Shown: positions 23,701 through 39,193, numbered from the whole stretch's first letter. The stretch is 61,864 nucleotides of DNA, filler included, from Platydemus manokwari (GCA_037951405.1; 5 parts of 5 records of this genome joined end to end with filler, not necessarily neighbours in it); one strand, 5' to 3'. Numbers and translations: made by a program. The notes: a model not told the origin generated them from the letters alone.

Positions 23701-26700
23701 AAACTAACTGTGCAGACTTACAATGTTACCAAGAAATCAGACGAATCTTAATAGAGAAAGCTCCAGATGCATATTGTATATATATAAAGAAATTGATAGT
23801 GAAAAATGCATAGTTCGACGTGAGAACTTGTGCCACCACGTCATGAAGATTTTGATGTTTATGTAAAATAGATTTTAGTTTTTCTGATTCATGGAACGAT
23901 GGAAGGAAAGAAACATGTGCGTCCTATATTTTAATGAATGGGTGTCTCGATTATCAATGTTTATGAATTTTTAGTTTTTGAATTTGATTGTATTTATTTA
24001 TGTTTATCATAATTTAATGCATGATACTGAGTATTAAAGCGCAACAAGGAATTAATCAATATTTCAACGATAATGAATTTCTCTAAAATTTAAAAGTAAC
24101 AGATAAGAATGATGCTTAAACTAACAATAAGAAAATTAAATAAATTAGAATTTCAAGGCTATATTGAATAATCAGACTTATATAAAAGTACATTTATTGT
24201 GTAACTATGTCGATAACTCAAATCACAATCAGGCACCACAAATTTTAAAAACATAAAATAAACGATAAATCTGTATTAGATTTTTACCAGTTTGTAGTCT
24301 ATTGAAAAATTATTTTCACTGTTCAGTGACAATGTATCGTTTAATCACTGACGGTACACTAACCCATGTTCTTTAGTTGATCTAGTAGAAACATTATTTT
24401 GCAGAGGTCTTGATTTTTGGGTGACAAAAATTGTGGAAATCGATTTCAATTATTTTTTTTTAAATCATCATAAATTTCATAAATAATTGTAGAGCATTCT
24501 TCCTTATTTTCTTTAAATTGATTTGATGGTGTTTTAATTAAATAAGAACTCTAGCACATAGGTTTTCTATTTAATTTAATAAGTTTATTACGTGTAAATT
24601 TATTTAACAGATTTTGCCCCCAGCTCGCAATAAAATGAATTTGGATTGGGTTTTTTAAAACTAATCTTTTGCTTACTCATGTGAAGATTATTTAACATGT
24701 ATTTGGTTTTTTATTACTGGTTGTGGATGTGTGATGAGATTAGTCATTGAGATGCTCGCTGTTGTGCAGATCGGACTCCAGACAATCTGTTGTGTTTCGT
24801 GTGATGTTGGTAGGTTGCGATTTAATTATAGATAATAATATAAATAACAATAACGCAAATATACTGAAAAATATAATTAACAATCAAATAGCCACAATAG
24901 AAAATTACAAAGCTGATTTAATATGATTATGTAAAAACTGAACTGGCGAAGTCTGGCTCGCTTAACCAGGGGGTCAGATTCACGAGACGGGTGAACCGAA
25001 CAATGATAACAAGCTATAAAAAAGATGGGAGCAAACGAAGAGTGGATTACTTAATCCCGAATCTATCGACACGGCACGAAATTATTACAATTAGGGCCAT
25101 ACTTCGATGTCTAAATCAATCGGCTTGTGATGGAGATTTCTGTTACTCTATGCTTGACTCGTAGGTGACTAATGTTTCTTGCTGAACAATTTTCTCTCTA
25201 GCTTGGTCACTAGACGTAATCCGTCTACTATGTGACTGGGCTTCTAATCGGATAATTGGTTGTTTACAATAAACTTTTGACTTTCACTGTCTTTGCTAAT
25301 TTTATGGCGATTTGTTCTAAAATTCTGTCTTCTTATTTACCATTTTTTGTTGTGGTTTCATCCAATCATGATTTTTCTATTTCTGTCATGACGTAATTCT
25401 ATTTTTAGCTTATATTATATATTAGTTTCTACTTATGTGATTTTAAAATTCCATATTTAGATATGTTTCTAATTTTGGGAATTACGTTATGTTTATTTTT
25501 AGAATTTTTGATTATTTTATTTTCTGTAGGCGTATAGGTTATTTAAGTTAATCTGTGGACATCTGTGTGCGTAATTGGATCCTAATACATGCATAGCCAA
25601 CAGCTCTTCAAAATAATAAGATTATTATAAGGATCTGTTCTCAAACTGATATAATAATAATGATTTTTTATGCCACTGACGAATATGACAGTTCGATTAC
25701 AGGATTACAGGGAGCAACACATCAGAATAATTAATGAACAATTTTGAGGATGGATTCCGAACGAATTTCAATGGTTCGTAAAGGAGAATAAGACTAAAGA
25801 TAAATCAGATTAGTGACACACTTTCTTTCAAGACAATTACATAATATTCGTGTTGTCAATTGTGAAAAATAATCTATTGTTGCGTTTAAATCCGCTTTTC
25901 TGAAATGCAGCTTGAAAAATCTTCCATATTTGAGTAAGTGCATTCTATATTCTCTGTATGGAATTCTCTATATATATTTATTGATACAATTCTTTATTTA
26001 TTATTTATATGTTCTTATCTTGTATTTGATATTAACTATTCGCTTCTATACTTTCTTCGAATCCAGTCCAAATGAATAGTCACAATTTTAGCTGACACTA
26101 TTTCATTAAATACTCCTTGTAAACGAACGAAAAAGTCCACACAGAAGTTTTGCTAATCAAAATATCCAATCAAATTAAAACGACCGTAATATTTTAACAT
26201 CAATATATTTTCCATTTAATACGGTAATTTAAATATTAATGGATTTTAAAATCCTCATACCTGTCTTTGTTGCCCAAAGCTGAAGGATCAGTGTTATTCA
26301 GTTGTGTTTATGAGAATGTTCCACCTGCTTGAATTTCGAATGGTAGTATCTCTCGATAACACGTACTGTACCTTACCAATCAGATTTCTAGCGGTCATTT
26401 GATATCGGTGAGAAATTAGAGACATTGTCATATACATACGAAAGTATGGACCAACAATGTTTGTTATTAAGATTTCTTAATTTTTTATATTTAAATCAAA
26501 ACACATGATTTCACCGCGCAAATAATATGTATTTATAATGCATCAATTTTAAACAAGTATTAGATTATTTTCCAATTTCTTTTTTAAAAATAAAATACTC
26601 ACATTTTTAATTTTAAATCTTTATTTTTAAATTATTTTTAAAAAATTGAGAGATTACAGTAATGTTTTGAGCATTTTATAAACATAAATAGTAAATATTT

Positions 26701-26939
26701 TTAATAGAATCATTTAAAAATATTTTTTAATTTTTAATTCCAATCTTATCTACATTCTAATTATTTATAGTACTCTGAAATAAACCTCACAAACAGTTTT
26801 GGCGATTTGAATTCATCTATACCACAATTATAACTATAAACACAAAATTGCATTTTTTCAGTTTTAGCAACCAATAATATTGTTGGGTTATCAAACAACA
26901 ATTTGAATTTACAAATCTGTATTAACTAAAATATTGCAC

Positions 26940-27340
26940 TCAAAGTCTCAATAATAACAATAACAAATATATACGCAATTCACAAAGAAAATCATTCAAA
27001 ATTGGATCAGTAATCAAAAGGACTGATTACTAAAATCACAGATAAGCTAAGCATTGAAATTACCGACCAAAAAAGGCTGGTAAGAATCCATGGAATTCAA
27101 CCTATTTTATCGTGTGTGTCTGCTTGATGTCGTGGATCTTCGTTTTCAATTCGCTGAATTTGTTTGTGAGTCGACTTACTTGAGATTTTCCTTATATCTC
27201 TCGTGTCATTGGGGGATATTTTAGCTTGCTGAAATTTGAAGGCATGTGCCTGTCGATTCTTAGCTTCTAAATATGGATTAACATTAGAACGAATCTCATT
27301 GGTTAACGCCACGTGTGTTTAGCGGGTTTGTATGTATTGA
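26940..27340 (-). mobile_element. Solo-LTR-like dispersed repeat, copy 1
   Basis: Reverse complement aligns by eye with the 29700-30050 copy (tttagaagc-aagaatcgacaggcacat; ccagyctttttyggtcggtaa). Confidence 0.7.
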
Positions 27341-27344
27341 CCCT

Positions 27345-27560
27345 TTTTAGGAGTTTTCTTTGGTTAATTTGTGATATACCCAATAATATCAACATGTTAT
27401 CTGTACAAATTGCCAGATCATCAACATAAGCAAGCACGCAAATTTATTTGTTTAGAAACTCATGAACCATGCGGTTTGCGGGCTCAACCTCGATAAGAAA
27501 TGGATTGATGTCAATAGCATGATTAGATGGCACGGTAGGGACTGCATTTAACCACTTGTA
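27345..27560 (-). mobile_element. Non-LTR (LINE) reverse transcriptase fragment
   Basis: Minus strand CVLAYVDDLAI matches the non-LTR LAY[A/V]DD motif. Confidence 0.6.
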
Positions 27561-27665
27561 ATTAGCTGTCATATTAGAAAGCTGTTTTTGACTCTAGTCA
27601 TTAGATTCAAGTCTTCGACGTACAAAAACCTTCTACATCTGCAAAAAATATTGAAAGGATCTAGG

Positions 27666-28620
27666 ATAATGAAAAAATTAATCTATTCGTTTATCGCTTT
27701 ACCGAACTGGCAAATCAAATTCATAAGAATTTGGCAAAAGTGATTATTTGTTTATCAGTGATAATTTAAAAGTTTATCACATCTATATTGATGAAAATGA
27801 TATCAATGAATCTCTTTACATCAGTGAGTTGTATGTCTCTACTGTAGTTATAATTATACGCACATAGTAGGATATTATTAATAAAAACTCCAACTCTATA
27901 AGAAGTAAACCCGCATATAACCGTATTTCATTAACGTGTGTGCAACATCCGTCGCAGAATAGACAAGTCGTCATTGGTGAAAGAGATTGACAGGTAATAA
28001 AGTTGTTGTGAGTCTCAAAATCGATTCAGTTACAATATCATGTCCCAATGATCGAGTTTAACAATGTCAGTTTAACTTCCAATTCTAATAGTTGAATATT
28101 TCTCGAAGAAAGCACAATGACCCGTGAGAATCTGTACAAAGTCGAAACAAATTGTAGATCCCCAATCTACATTTTTGTTATGAAATCTCATATTAAACAT
28201 GAGCAATAGTGTGATTGGTTTCCCAATAAGGTGTTCTGGAATGAATGAATAACTAATAATGTATTGTGAAACTCATCGATTATGAACACATGTCTGATCG
28301 GATCAAGTCAAGCAAATCTTGTCAAAAATGAACAAGTTCCAGCTGCAGTATTCAGTATTAATAAGAGTAAGTGGTATTTTATTATGTTGGTGATATAATC
28401 GCATATTGCACAGTAGTAGAGTTCCGTTCAAAATTTCGGACATTATAAATCGGTGAATGAAATATGACCGTGGCGAAAGTATAACAGGACGAAGTGAGTG
28501 TGCAATATCCTGATAAACAAACTATGTTCGTTGATATAATTTTCAGTATAAAAATACTATGATACCCAAATGTACTTCCTGCAACGGTGAGATAAATACG
28601 AAAGATCGAAGTCTGTGCAC
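27666..28620 (+). pseudogene. Possible decayed multi-exon gene
   Basis: Long protein-like frames with scattered stops, donor/acceptor pairs (gtaagt 28367, gtgagt 28494, tttcag 28546) and an exon YKNTMIPKCTSC. Confidence 0.25.
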
Positions 28621-29639
28621 GTAAATCGCCTAATTACCGGAGTAAATTGGTTTTTTTCCGATCGGTTGATGGATTTTTTTCCAAATGGAATCCACTGCTG
28701 TGTTAAAACATAGCAATAGCTGAATCTCTTATATCAACGACCGAGTATGTAAAATAACTAGCAAAATCAATATCTAACACTTTACATATCCATTAAATCT
28801 CCTCCTTAATCTCTCTACTGATATTGAGGGGTTACAATGTTGATCCATTTTTCTTTATTGTTTCCGATGTTTCAAGAAATTGTTATTTGCCTGTCACTTT
28901 GGGACTAAAATTAATGATTTTCCGATCGCTCTTCGACTTTTTTTCATTCATCGAAACTTGATTAATTACCTTCATTATCTAGGATTTCTCCTTTCTAACC
29001 CAAATTAAGTCTCCACCTCTTCACTCTCTTCACAGCTTTTTCCAGTCTCAATTTTTTATTTTAAATGTATAGTTTGGATTAATGCCATTATTTTTGATCA
29101 GTAGCTCTTTTTGTCTTGACTTAATGTTGATTATTATTTTATTTACTGATCAATTGCTGATTAGTTTAAGCTTATTAACAGTAATTAGCGAATGAAAAAA
29201 TTTCAACTTCGTAATTATCGACTGGCAGCACATAATCGAAAAATTAGAATCTGATACAATCTTCATATTGCACAAAAATCATAATTAGTATTGTCTGGCT
29301 AATTACTTTCGTTATTTTGATCTTCTATGCTTCTTGTTGCTATGGGGACATTCTTAATAGCTTTTTCCAATAATTTTCTTGTCTCAGTGGATTGTGATTT
29401 ACTTGTGGATTATTTATTGAGGAGTGTGGCTTGTGTTGGAGTCTCAATTGTTTATGGAGTGGTCATCACGATATATTGCCGGCTCTTATAAAATGTTTAA
29501 CAGTTATTTTAGATTTGATGTTGAAATTTCAATCCATTATATTTTAATTATTATGTTTTTTACTCTTATCGTTTACTCTTTAGTTTTTATTCGATCCTCT
29601 GATTGCTGAATGCTGAAGATTGATAAATGTGGAGATAAT

Positions 29640-30200
29640 TGTGTTAGATAGATAATAAATCAATTAAAACTGTTGCAAGAACCAAGGAAAGAACCCTGAT
29701 AATTGTCGATACACACATACTCGATAAGCACATGTACCGTCAGCCAATCAGATACGTTCTAATAATAATTCATATTTAGAAGCCAAGAATCGACAGGCAC
29801 ATATCTGCAGATGGTATTAAGATCAGATGTCCGCCAATGGTATGAGAGATGCGAGGAAAAGTTCAGGTATACCTATCTAGGAACAAATTCCGTGATAACG
29901 AGGAGACAAACCGGATAGGTCTATAAAAGAGGTTGAGTTCCATGAATAACTGCCAGTCTTTTTCGTCGGTAACTCGAGTACTAAGCTATCTTCGTGTGAT
30001 TTCGGTCATCAGTCTTTTTGATTACTTTCAATTCTGTTTTTGACTTTCGAGTGTGATTTACCGTTGTGAGTTGTAAAGAGATTTACCAGTAGTTACTGAG
30101 ATTGCGAATGTGATATTTTGAGTAATATATCTTTCAGATCTAAATTGTTTATTAATAGACCCAACAAGTACAATCAATAAATGTCTGTTGATAAAAACAT
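29640..30200 (+). mobile_element. Solo-LTR-like dispersed repeat, copy 2
   Basis: CCAAT box (agccaatcag) and TATA (tataaaagag) in the same order as in the other copies. Confidence 0.7.
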
Positions 30201-33200
30201 TGAATGACGAAAATAACGGTGATATGTGAACCAGGGCAACTGTAACTATTGGAATAAAGGAGAAAATCAATTCAATGTGAAATTGAAATTTTATAATTCA
30301 ATTGGCACGTTCTATGCTAAAGTTTAATGTGTAAAAAGAATGTTTTTAATGTATAGAAATCTTGTTTAAAGTTACAGATCACTAGATGAGCTTTCTCCAA
30401 CGAAAATGGTCCTCCGAATTTTCCAATACTGCAATTAGTTCTGATTACTTGAAAATGAAAAGAGGGTGAATGTTATGATTCTTCGCTGCAATTCTAAATT
30501 ATTTCGGAACGGATGTGCAGTACTAAAGTCTATTATTATTATTTTCCTTCTTACATTTCGGTGATTTATACAGCAATCATAAACATTCGATCAATCGAAT
30601 CTCATCGATCAATATAATATGAATCCTAACTTGTATTTCATCATTCGATCATATTAACAATTCACTGTTAATTTCATTTACTTAATCATTATTTAGTATA
30701 AATTTATTAAAAATTATTATTCTTTTTAGATAACGTTATTAAAAATTGCAAATTACCAGAGATTTCAAATAATAAATATCTCGGATTAAAGATATATAGT
30801 ACTTGTAGGTCTTTTGAAGCCTTCAGGAGTGGTGGCAGCAGTAGTTGTGGTGGTGATTTTATGATACAGATAGTGTCTTATTTCGAATTTTCATAGAACT
30901 CATCAATGTCTCAGACCAAAAACAGATAGGACTAAAAGAAATCTAAAAAATAGCTATCCTAAACCAATTCAAAGATCAATTCATTAATTAATTCAAAACC
31001 AAGATTAGTGTATTGTAGCTAAAAAAAACCCACTCAAACCCCGGTTGGATTTTAAAGCACTTGAAGGCAATAAATATTGATGCGGAGTATGAAAACTTAA
31101 ACGAACTCCAATTCATAATGGATTACAGATTGAGTTGCGATCATGATGGAATTATATTATAATTAATTATGATTATTATATAAATTACATACTATCAACT
31201 AGTATAAATAGTTGATAAATATTACATGAAATTTTACAAAAATTTTGTTTAAATTCATTTGATATCACATATGTTGGAAAAATTTTATTTCGCGTTGTGT
31301 TTCATGTTTTAGAGTGCCAAAATGAGTGCGCACTAGGCTACTCTTTTTAAATATGTTTTTTGTTATAAATTTATTGCTTTATTCAAACAAACATTTTTAT
31401 TCCATTTTGTTTCAATTCAGTACTCATTTAGTTATGTTCTGCACATATAACAATGATATAAAAATAACTATTATAATATTTAATGACCAATGATGTGTCT
31501 CTTAACTTGTTAAAACAAATTAAACTGGTCTTAAGATCATTAGGTAAGCCAAATGTCATTGAAAATATTGTTAGAAAATCGTAACTCACCGTCAATTTTA
31601 ATAAAATCTCAATCTGGAAAAAATCAATAACTACCGTAAGAAATTTTTTTAATCATTTAGTTATTATTAATTTAATTTAATTATTTCCATTAAAATGGCG
31701 AATGCTAAGACCTATTTGAAAGTACAACTAAAATATTTTTAATATTAATTGTGTTTTGTTTTTTCAGTTTTAATGTTTCAAAACTTTCAAAAACGGTGAT
31801 TGTTTTTGCTTGGAAGCCACATTAAATAACTTCCCATCAATAAGACATTATTTTCATGGTGATAATATTGTTAAGTTTAGAACTACTCTAACTTAACGGC
31901 TCAGTCTTTTTCTCCTAATCTGACTCCTATTCAAAAATCCGGTGTACACTAAGTAAAAATAATTTTCTGATTAAGTTATATTTAAATGACAATTTACACC
32001 GATAAAATAGCACTGAGGAACCACAAGTCCCTATAAAGTTATGCTAATAAGACTAGGACTAAGTTTATTATACAATAAAACTTTACTGCGACACTGATTA
32101 GTGCACTGCTAATTCCAAAACAAACTACTTCTACAATACTTTTTATCCAATACAACTACACTTGTTACAGACAAGCTACTATAACAACAAATAACATCTT
32201 ACTTTCGAAGTTTTCCTGTTGAATGGGTGAAAATAAAGAGTTAGCTCGCTCTTTATTTACTTATTTTCTCTATGCACATCCCTTCTATATACATCCTGTT
32301 GTTCATACTTACTATAGTATGAACCCATTTATTCATTATAGTTGCCAGATATAGTCGGTAATTGCAATTGCTATCCACAAATCCCATATTTGCACTATTG
32401 ATATTTAATTTAATTCTTTAAAAATATTTTATTTTCATATTTCGTAATTAATAGTAATATAATTTCATTTTGCTTAAATATCTTTTAATTTTAGTTTATA
32501 TAATTACATTTTGGGCTAATATTGCTTATTATTAAATTGCATATATTTGTTTATTCTTTACTTTAGCTCTCATACTTATTTGCTTTATCTTTATCGTTTA
32601 TTTTTGAACTCGTTAATATGTTTTTAATTATTTTCGATAGGACTCAATGAAATCAGTAAAGTAATTTTCGTCTTGAGAAAGCAAATTAATGAATTTGAAT
32701 TTTTTTCGTCATTATGTAGAAAGATGACCGCATCACAACGATTCTTATTCTATTCTATCAGTCGTCTCAAATGGTCTCAATCTCCATGTATTAAATAAAT
32801 ATATCTGGGTATAACAGTATTTCTCAATGCATTAATATATCAGGGAATCACAGTATTCAATAAATCGCAGTAACATGTATTTCACAGTAAATCAGCGACA
32901 CCAGTGTTTGAGATCGAATAATTGAAACAATGATCTACAAAACACTGGAAAAAAAATACAATAATAATGATTTATGAGAATTGGCCGTCATTCGACAATA
33001 CTGTTAAATAATTTACGAATAAAAGCATGTTGTATGTGCTTTATTCATCTTTTAATTTAAATTTAAATCTTTTGTGATAATTCTCATTTGTTAAGTATTT
33101 TGTTAATGTAGTAAGAACAATGGAAGAGAAAAATCAATAATAAATAAAGTAATATGATATAATATAAAAATACTGATATAATATAAATAATAATATAACA

Positions 33201-33379
33201 GTAACAAATAAATATATTATACATTTTTAGAAATACATATTAATTGAAAGTCTAAAATAAACAAAAAATTACGAAAAAATTATTAACAAAATATAAATTA
33301 AAAAAAACCCAATAATTAGCCATTAAAATTAAATGAGTTCACATAAAATATCAAATGGGTAAAATACTGTTGGGTATTA

Positions 33380-33760
33380 ACTAACAATAAAACCTGAAAA
33401 TTATAATTTAAACTACAATATCACAAGTTCGATTTGTCAACAGGTACAGTTAAAATCGTGTCATAATAAATTATCCCGCAAGACGTGATTAACACCCGAA
33501 AGTCAAAAACAGAATAAAAGGCTGGCTGTTGAAAATTAGGCAAAAGACAAAAAACAGAATACATGTTACCGACCAAAAAATACTGGCAGTTGCTCATGGA
33601 ATCCAATCTCTTTTATGGGCATATTGTGTGTGTCCGTTTGATGTCCCGGAGCATTATTTTTCATTTGTGGAATTTTCCTTACATTTCTTGTGCCATTGGC
33701 AGATATCTGTCTTTATTGCCATTTGTTAATATGCGCAAGTCGATTATTAACTTTTAAATA
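33380..33760 (-). mobile_element. Solo-LTR-like dispersed repeat, copy 3
   Basis: ttaccgaccaaaaaatactggcagttgctcatggaatccaatctcttttat matches the reverse complement of the copy 2/4 core. Confidence 0.65.
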
Positions 33761-33832
33761 TGAATCAACAATAAAAGGAATCTGACTAGCTCTACACAAC
33801 TGATTTATCTTTGCCTTAGAACGATCACTTAT

Positions 33833-33932
33833 NNNNNNNNNNNNNNNNNNNNNNNNNNNNNNNNNNNNNNNNNNNNTTAATTAATTAANNNNNNNNNNNN
33901 NNNNNNNNNNNNNNNNNNNNNNNNNNNNNNNN
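33833..33932. other. Artificial contig spacer
   Basis: N44-TTAATTAATTAA-N44. Confidence 0.97.
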
Positions 33933-33956
33933 ACGTATTGATGAAATAATGAGGTT

Positions 33957-36900
33957 ATGGATATTATATATAAGTCTACTAATGAACTTCAAATGAATCG
34001 CCAATATATAATCACTAATGTCGATGATAATCACGATATTCATTTGCAAAATACTCCCAACAAAGGATATCGAATTCATGAATTAATTCTCACGAAACCG
34101 CCAGATGAATGGACATATAAACTGTCACCTAAAAGATCATTTCCACATCTGATTTATGAAAATGATTATTTTTTTCAAAGTGAATGCTGTAATAATAGTA
34201 AACCATTGAAGTCACCTTTAGAAAATGGGGATGTTTGTAATGTTGATATTGATAATAATTTCTCCAAAACTACACAAACTTTATATGATAATCAAGATCA
34301 AGCCGTAAATACATCAACAGTGTACGTATCTGTATCAACAGTAAGTTAATTAATTTTAATAGTTAAATTTTCAAAATTATTTTTCAAATTAATGTGGATG
34401 AGGCTTGCGATAATGATATGTAAAAATTTATTAAATCATTGATTATTTATGTAGTACGAATAGAATAATTTATGAAAATTTTTAAATAAACTAATATATT
34501 TGAATTTCCCAACTACGTTAAATTCTCATCCCTAATAAGTACTACTTAAGAACAAAAATACTAAAAAATTTATAATATTTTCACTTACCATAAGTAATAT
34601 GTTTTTGCTTTAATATTTAGTTTTCACGTTTAACAAATTGTTGCTTTAGTGAACTAAAGATTATAATTATTATTTTCAAAAATTTTAATTTATAATTACC
34701 GTATTTGTTAGAATAAAGCCCCGTAGATCCAGAGTCATTTATTTTGAGTTATTTTGCAATTAACTATTACGGACTCATTTGGCCAAATCTAAAACTATAG
34801 GTCTAAGTAAACATGATAGTATTTCCATTGCGGATGTTTAGGAAACATAACGGCAAAAATCTTCCAAATTAATCCCATGCGAAAAAAAAATCATAATCAA
34901 ATTTTAATAGACAGAGAAATAAACAGAAATGGAGTAAAATACTGACAAGAATCGAACTAGTGTATATGTATTTTTCACTGAAAACAGACTTCAAACTCAG
35001 CGCCAACTCAGATTTTATCTTTTAACTTATCACCGATATTGGATAAATCATTATGAAATACATTAAATTTTATTTATTAACAATCAGCAATAAAATTTCA
35101 GGAAAAGGAAATAATTGCTCTTATTTTTACGTTTTTTTCTTAAAATTATAACTAACCTTTTCATATACAGTCTTTAGGAATATAGTCGATTGAAACATTG
35201 TTGTCACCGACAATATTGTCTGGTACTTATGTTTTCCAAATCAATGTTTTATCAATCTTTTAAATTGAACTACATTAGTCATTTGATATGCATACTTATT
35301 ATTTTGGCGAGTAAATTATTTTATTAAAATTGTCACATTACCATTTATCCATTATTTTGACTTTGCACAATATAATTACTTTTAAGAATCAGAATTTTTG
35401 CGGCGAAAATTCAACATTATTTTTTCTTGAAGCTGCATTCATAACAAGATTAACTTAGATACTTTTTGGAATATAGGTCCTTTTATGTTTTTAATTTTTA
35501 GTGAATTTTCATTATAGTGAATTGGTCGTTTTAGCATCGGTCTATATAGTCTTTGACATTGGTTACCAACAATCACTCACTAAAGTTTACTATTTCATAA
35601 AGTTTATAATTTCTGGTATTTCGCGCTGTAATATTTTATGGAATATTTTAAAATTCTAAGATCCTTAAATGATTACTAAACCTTTGAAAATTTAACTAAT
35701 ATTATTTAGACAATATAGTCAATTAATTTATTTTATTTTATTCTTCCTGCTCTAATTTAGTTCATTTATCTCTATTTTATTTCATAAATTAATTTATTTC
35801 TTATAGATAATATATTTTTATATATACATCAAATAATCACAAAAAATTAATCTTCGATTTTTACAGATGATCGCAAAGAAATAGATAAGATAATTACTTA
35901 AAGGTAATTAGTAGTTAAGTGACAAAAAAATCAAAATCTAATATTCACAAATATTTGTCAAATTGTGGAAACTGGAATCATTATTGGGATTTAGGAATTC
36001 ATAGATTGCATTATCAAGTTCGAATTTTCCCCTGATCTCAAGCGTCCAAATCCACACCCCAACCCTTCTTTACTCATGTCATTTTCTTTTATCCCAATCA
36101 TTTTTTAAGCTGGGCCACTGTCTTCGGGTGATATATATTTTTAGACCTTGTTTCTCTGATCTTTAGAGATTGAATTGTGTTGTCTAAGTCATTTTGTTCT
36201 TTCATGCAATATATGGGCTAACGGTGATGTGAATTTTTTCATCTTCGCCCTTCTCATTATTTGTCAGTCTATGGTTTACAAACAAATATATAAAATATTA
36301 ATTAATTTATTAGAAATAATAATTTTAATAATAATAGTAATCGTAATAATAATAATAATAATAATAATAATGATACTAATAACAATAATAATAATAATAA
36401 TAATAATAATTATTATTATTATTATTACTGTTTTTCTGAGATTTCAATATTCTATAAAAAATAAAATGTAGTATATAAATCAAATTGATTTGGAATTGCT
36501 AATAAATATCTTATCATTTACTATTTACATGTTTTATTATGGAGTTTGCAGAATGCGAACTATTTTTGATAATCAGACTGCTATATATTTGTATTCGATG
36601 TTCATATTTTTATTTGTATGACTATTTCAGTATTTGGTGTCAAGTGTATAATTCATTCTATGTAAATTATTAATAATTTTTTTATTTTTCATTCTTGTGC
36701 GACGTTTAATAATTCGGAAAATTCTTCATTATTAAATTCTTAATCAGAAAAATCTTAAATCTAATTTAAATCATAGACTAATATACAAGATTAATAATAA
36801 TTAAATTTTGATGAAATAATTTCGATAAAATAAATAAATTTAACTTAGAAAATAATATAGAATAAATAATTATTTCTGCAACAATAGAACTCAAAATTAA

Positions 36901-39193
36901 ACCCATATTTTGAAAATAATAGTGGAGAATAAATTATAATAAAATCCCCATAACAGCAGTCCGATGACAATTTTAATTCTAGTCAAATCAATATAATAAT
37001 TGACTACAAAATATAAATAACAATTAACCTGATATCTAACCTTTTCTATTATTCCTCAGTCCAGTATATTATATAATGTTTATAATGCCTTTATATTATT
37101 CGAAATCACTATTGCTCAAATATCGAAACCACTAACAATAAGCCCGAGAAAGTTAATTTGACGAAGTCAACCCAAGTCAATTTTTGTCATCTATCTTACA
37201 GGAAGAGAATATTCATATTCAAAATTTCCAGACAATCGAAGTGCACATAAAATCTTTTAGTTTTAAAATCACGTGTCCAATTATTTACCCGCATACTCTC
37301 CATTATTTATAGAACTATCCTCAAATACTTCCCCAATATCTTGTTGATCACAAAAGCTTGCTTGAATTGTTGTGCCGAATTTCCAGCTTTTGAATGTATA
37401 GAAGTAGTCTTAAAATTGTATAGGTGTATGAAAGTATTAAAATTTTATTATTTCTTTATAAACTGCTATAAACATTTTATTAATTAAGTGTGTTCACTTA
37501 TTCAGTTGACAGATTGCCATTCAGGTCCACAATTATATTTATATTATTATCATTTCCATTTAACACATTTTGGAGATTTTTCAATATATTAATAAAACCG
37601 CTGAGATTTATATAAATAATAATAAGACTCTTGAGACGATAGAATAGACAATTGTAGGATTAAAATCATTATTTCTCCGAACAAGTTGCCGAACTTTGAG
37701 GAGAAGAAAGATCGATTAACTAAAGTTGGATTGCTATCCAGGCATAAATAAGAGGTAGATAGTTATTATCAAAATAATCATACCAAACACCTATAAAAAT
37801 AATAATAATAAGAACCAAAGACCCCGAAGTATAACATTCATATAAAAATTTACTTTTTTCATTGATATGGTGACTTTGTAGTTATTGTTCGAAATATTCG
37901 AAATGATATAAAAAGTTCTACAATTTTTGTAATGATATTGTATTTCTTATATTTATCTCCAAACTATTAACTTCCCGAATCAGATAACAAATATGATTTC
38001 TTGGATTTTATATTATAGCATCACCATTGTACTAAAATTTATTTTATTAATAAAATTATTTATTTTACTCTTAGAAATTCAGTTTCTTCGTGATGCGGCA
38101 CTTAATTTTGAAAGTTTAGAATGGTGTTCATTTTTCAGTACCAGACCCTTTACAATTGATATCTAATATTATTAGGTTCATTGTTAATTGATAAAGTGCT
38201 ATTTAGTTTTCTCTGAGAATTTTAGATTTCTTGTGTACAATCCTTAGAATTTCATATTCTATTTATTTAACTTTAATTAATCAAATAAATCAGCGATATT
38301 GTCAAGTTTTATTTTAATTTCATTTTTTGTTTTAATTATATTTTTGTAAAAATTATGATTGGTCGATATATATATATGTGTGTGTAGATATATTTGTTAA
38401 TTAATTTTAATATTAGCAAACACTGAAAAATGAATTATCAGAAGATAATTCATCCCGTTGTTCTGATCAGATGTCATACACGTCTAATCTACCACTTGCA
38501 GAAACAGAACTTATTAGCAATGATAATAATGCTGTCAAAGTATTACAAATAGACACGTCCAGAGATTCATGTTCAGAAATCGAGAATGAATCTTATGAGA
38601 AAGATTCAGTAATATTTACTTACTCAATAAATGAATCTCGTAGTTCGAATAATAGTCAAAACGAATCATATTACTCACATAGTATTTCTCATTCACCTGA
38701 TGATTTCAGTGCAAATTCCAATTTCATCGAAGAAAATCCGGTACGTTTGACAAATACACCAAAAATTTCTCCCGAAAGTGAGATATGTCGACTTTTGAAT
38801 AATAATCCTAATGAAGAATGTATCAGAGTTTCTTATCTACCAGCAGAAATAATATCTAATATGAATCACTTTTCAAATGACATTTGGGATCATTATAGGA
38901 TTTTTGAGATTAAAAAGTTTGATGAAATAATTAAATCTCACCAAGTTCGATCTGACAGACGATTGAAAGCGATTTCCAATCGTATGCTTTGTAAAATTGA
39001 CATTATCGGCCCATTCCAATCGAATTATTTCCAAGTGAACATTCGTAATGCAATGGAGTGGTACAATCTAATAGTATATGCCAGTAGCAAATTGAGATTG
39101 GAAAAAGCGATCAATTGCATTCAACTTTCTTTTCCCAGTTCTTGTTTCAATGAGAAACTTTACAAAACAAATAATCATCAACTCAGATTATGA
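33957..39193 (+). CDS. Orphan protein, Ser/Asn-rich with a possible degenerate KH-like C-terminus; exons 33957-34340 and 38417-39193
   Basis: Phase-0 donor ACA|gtaagt and phase-0 acceptor tattag|CAA join two long ORFs in frame. Confidence 0.55.
36325..36429. repeat. (AAT)n/(ATT)n microsatellite
   Basis: Direct inspection. Confidence 0.9.

Noticed and set aside
27666-28620. Stop-codon reassignment as an explanation of in-frame stops
   Set aside because: Intact genes here terminate with TAA, TAG and TGA and have no internal stops.
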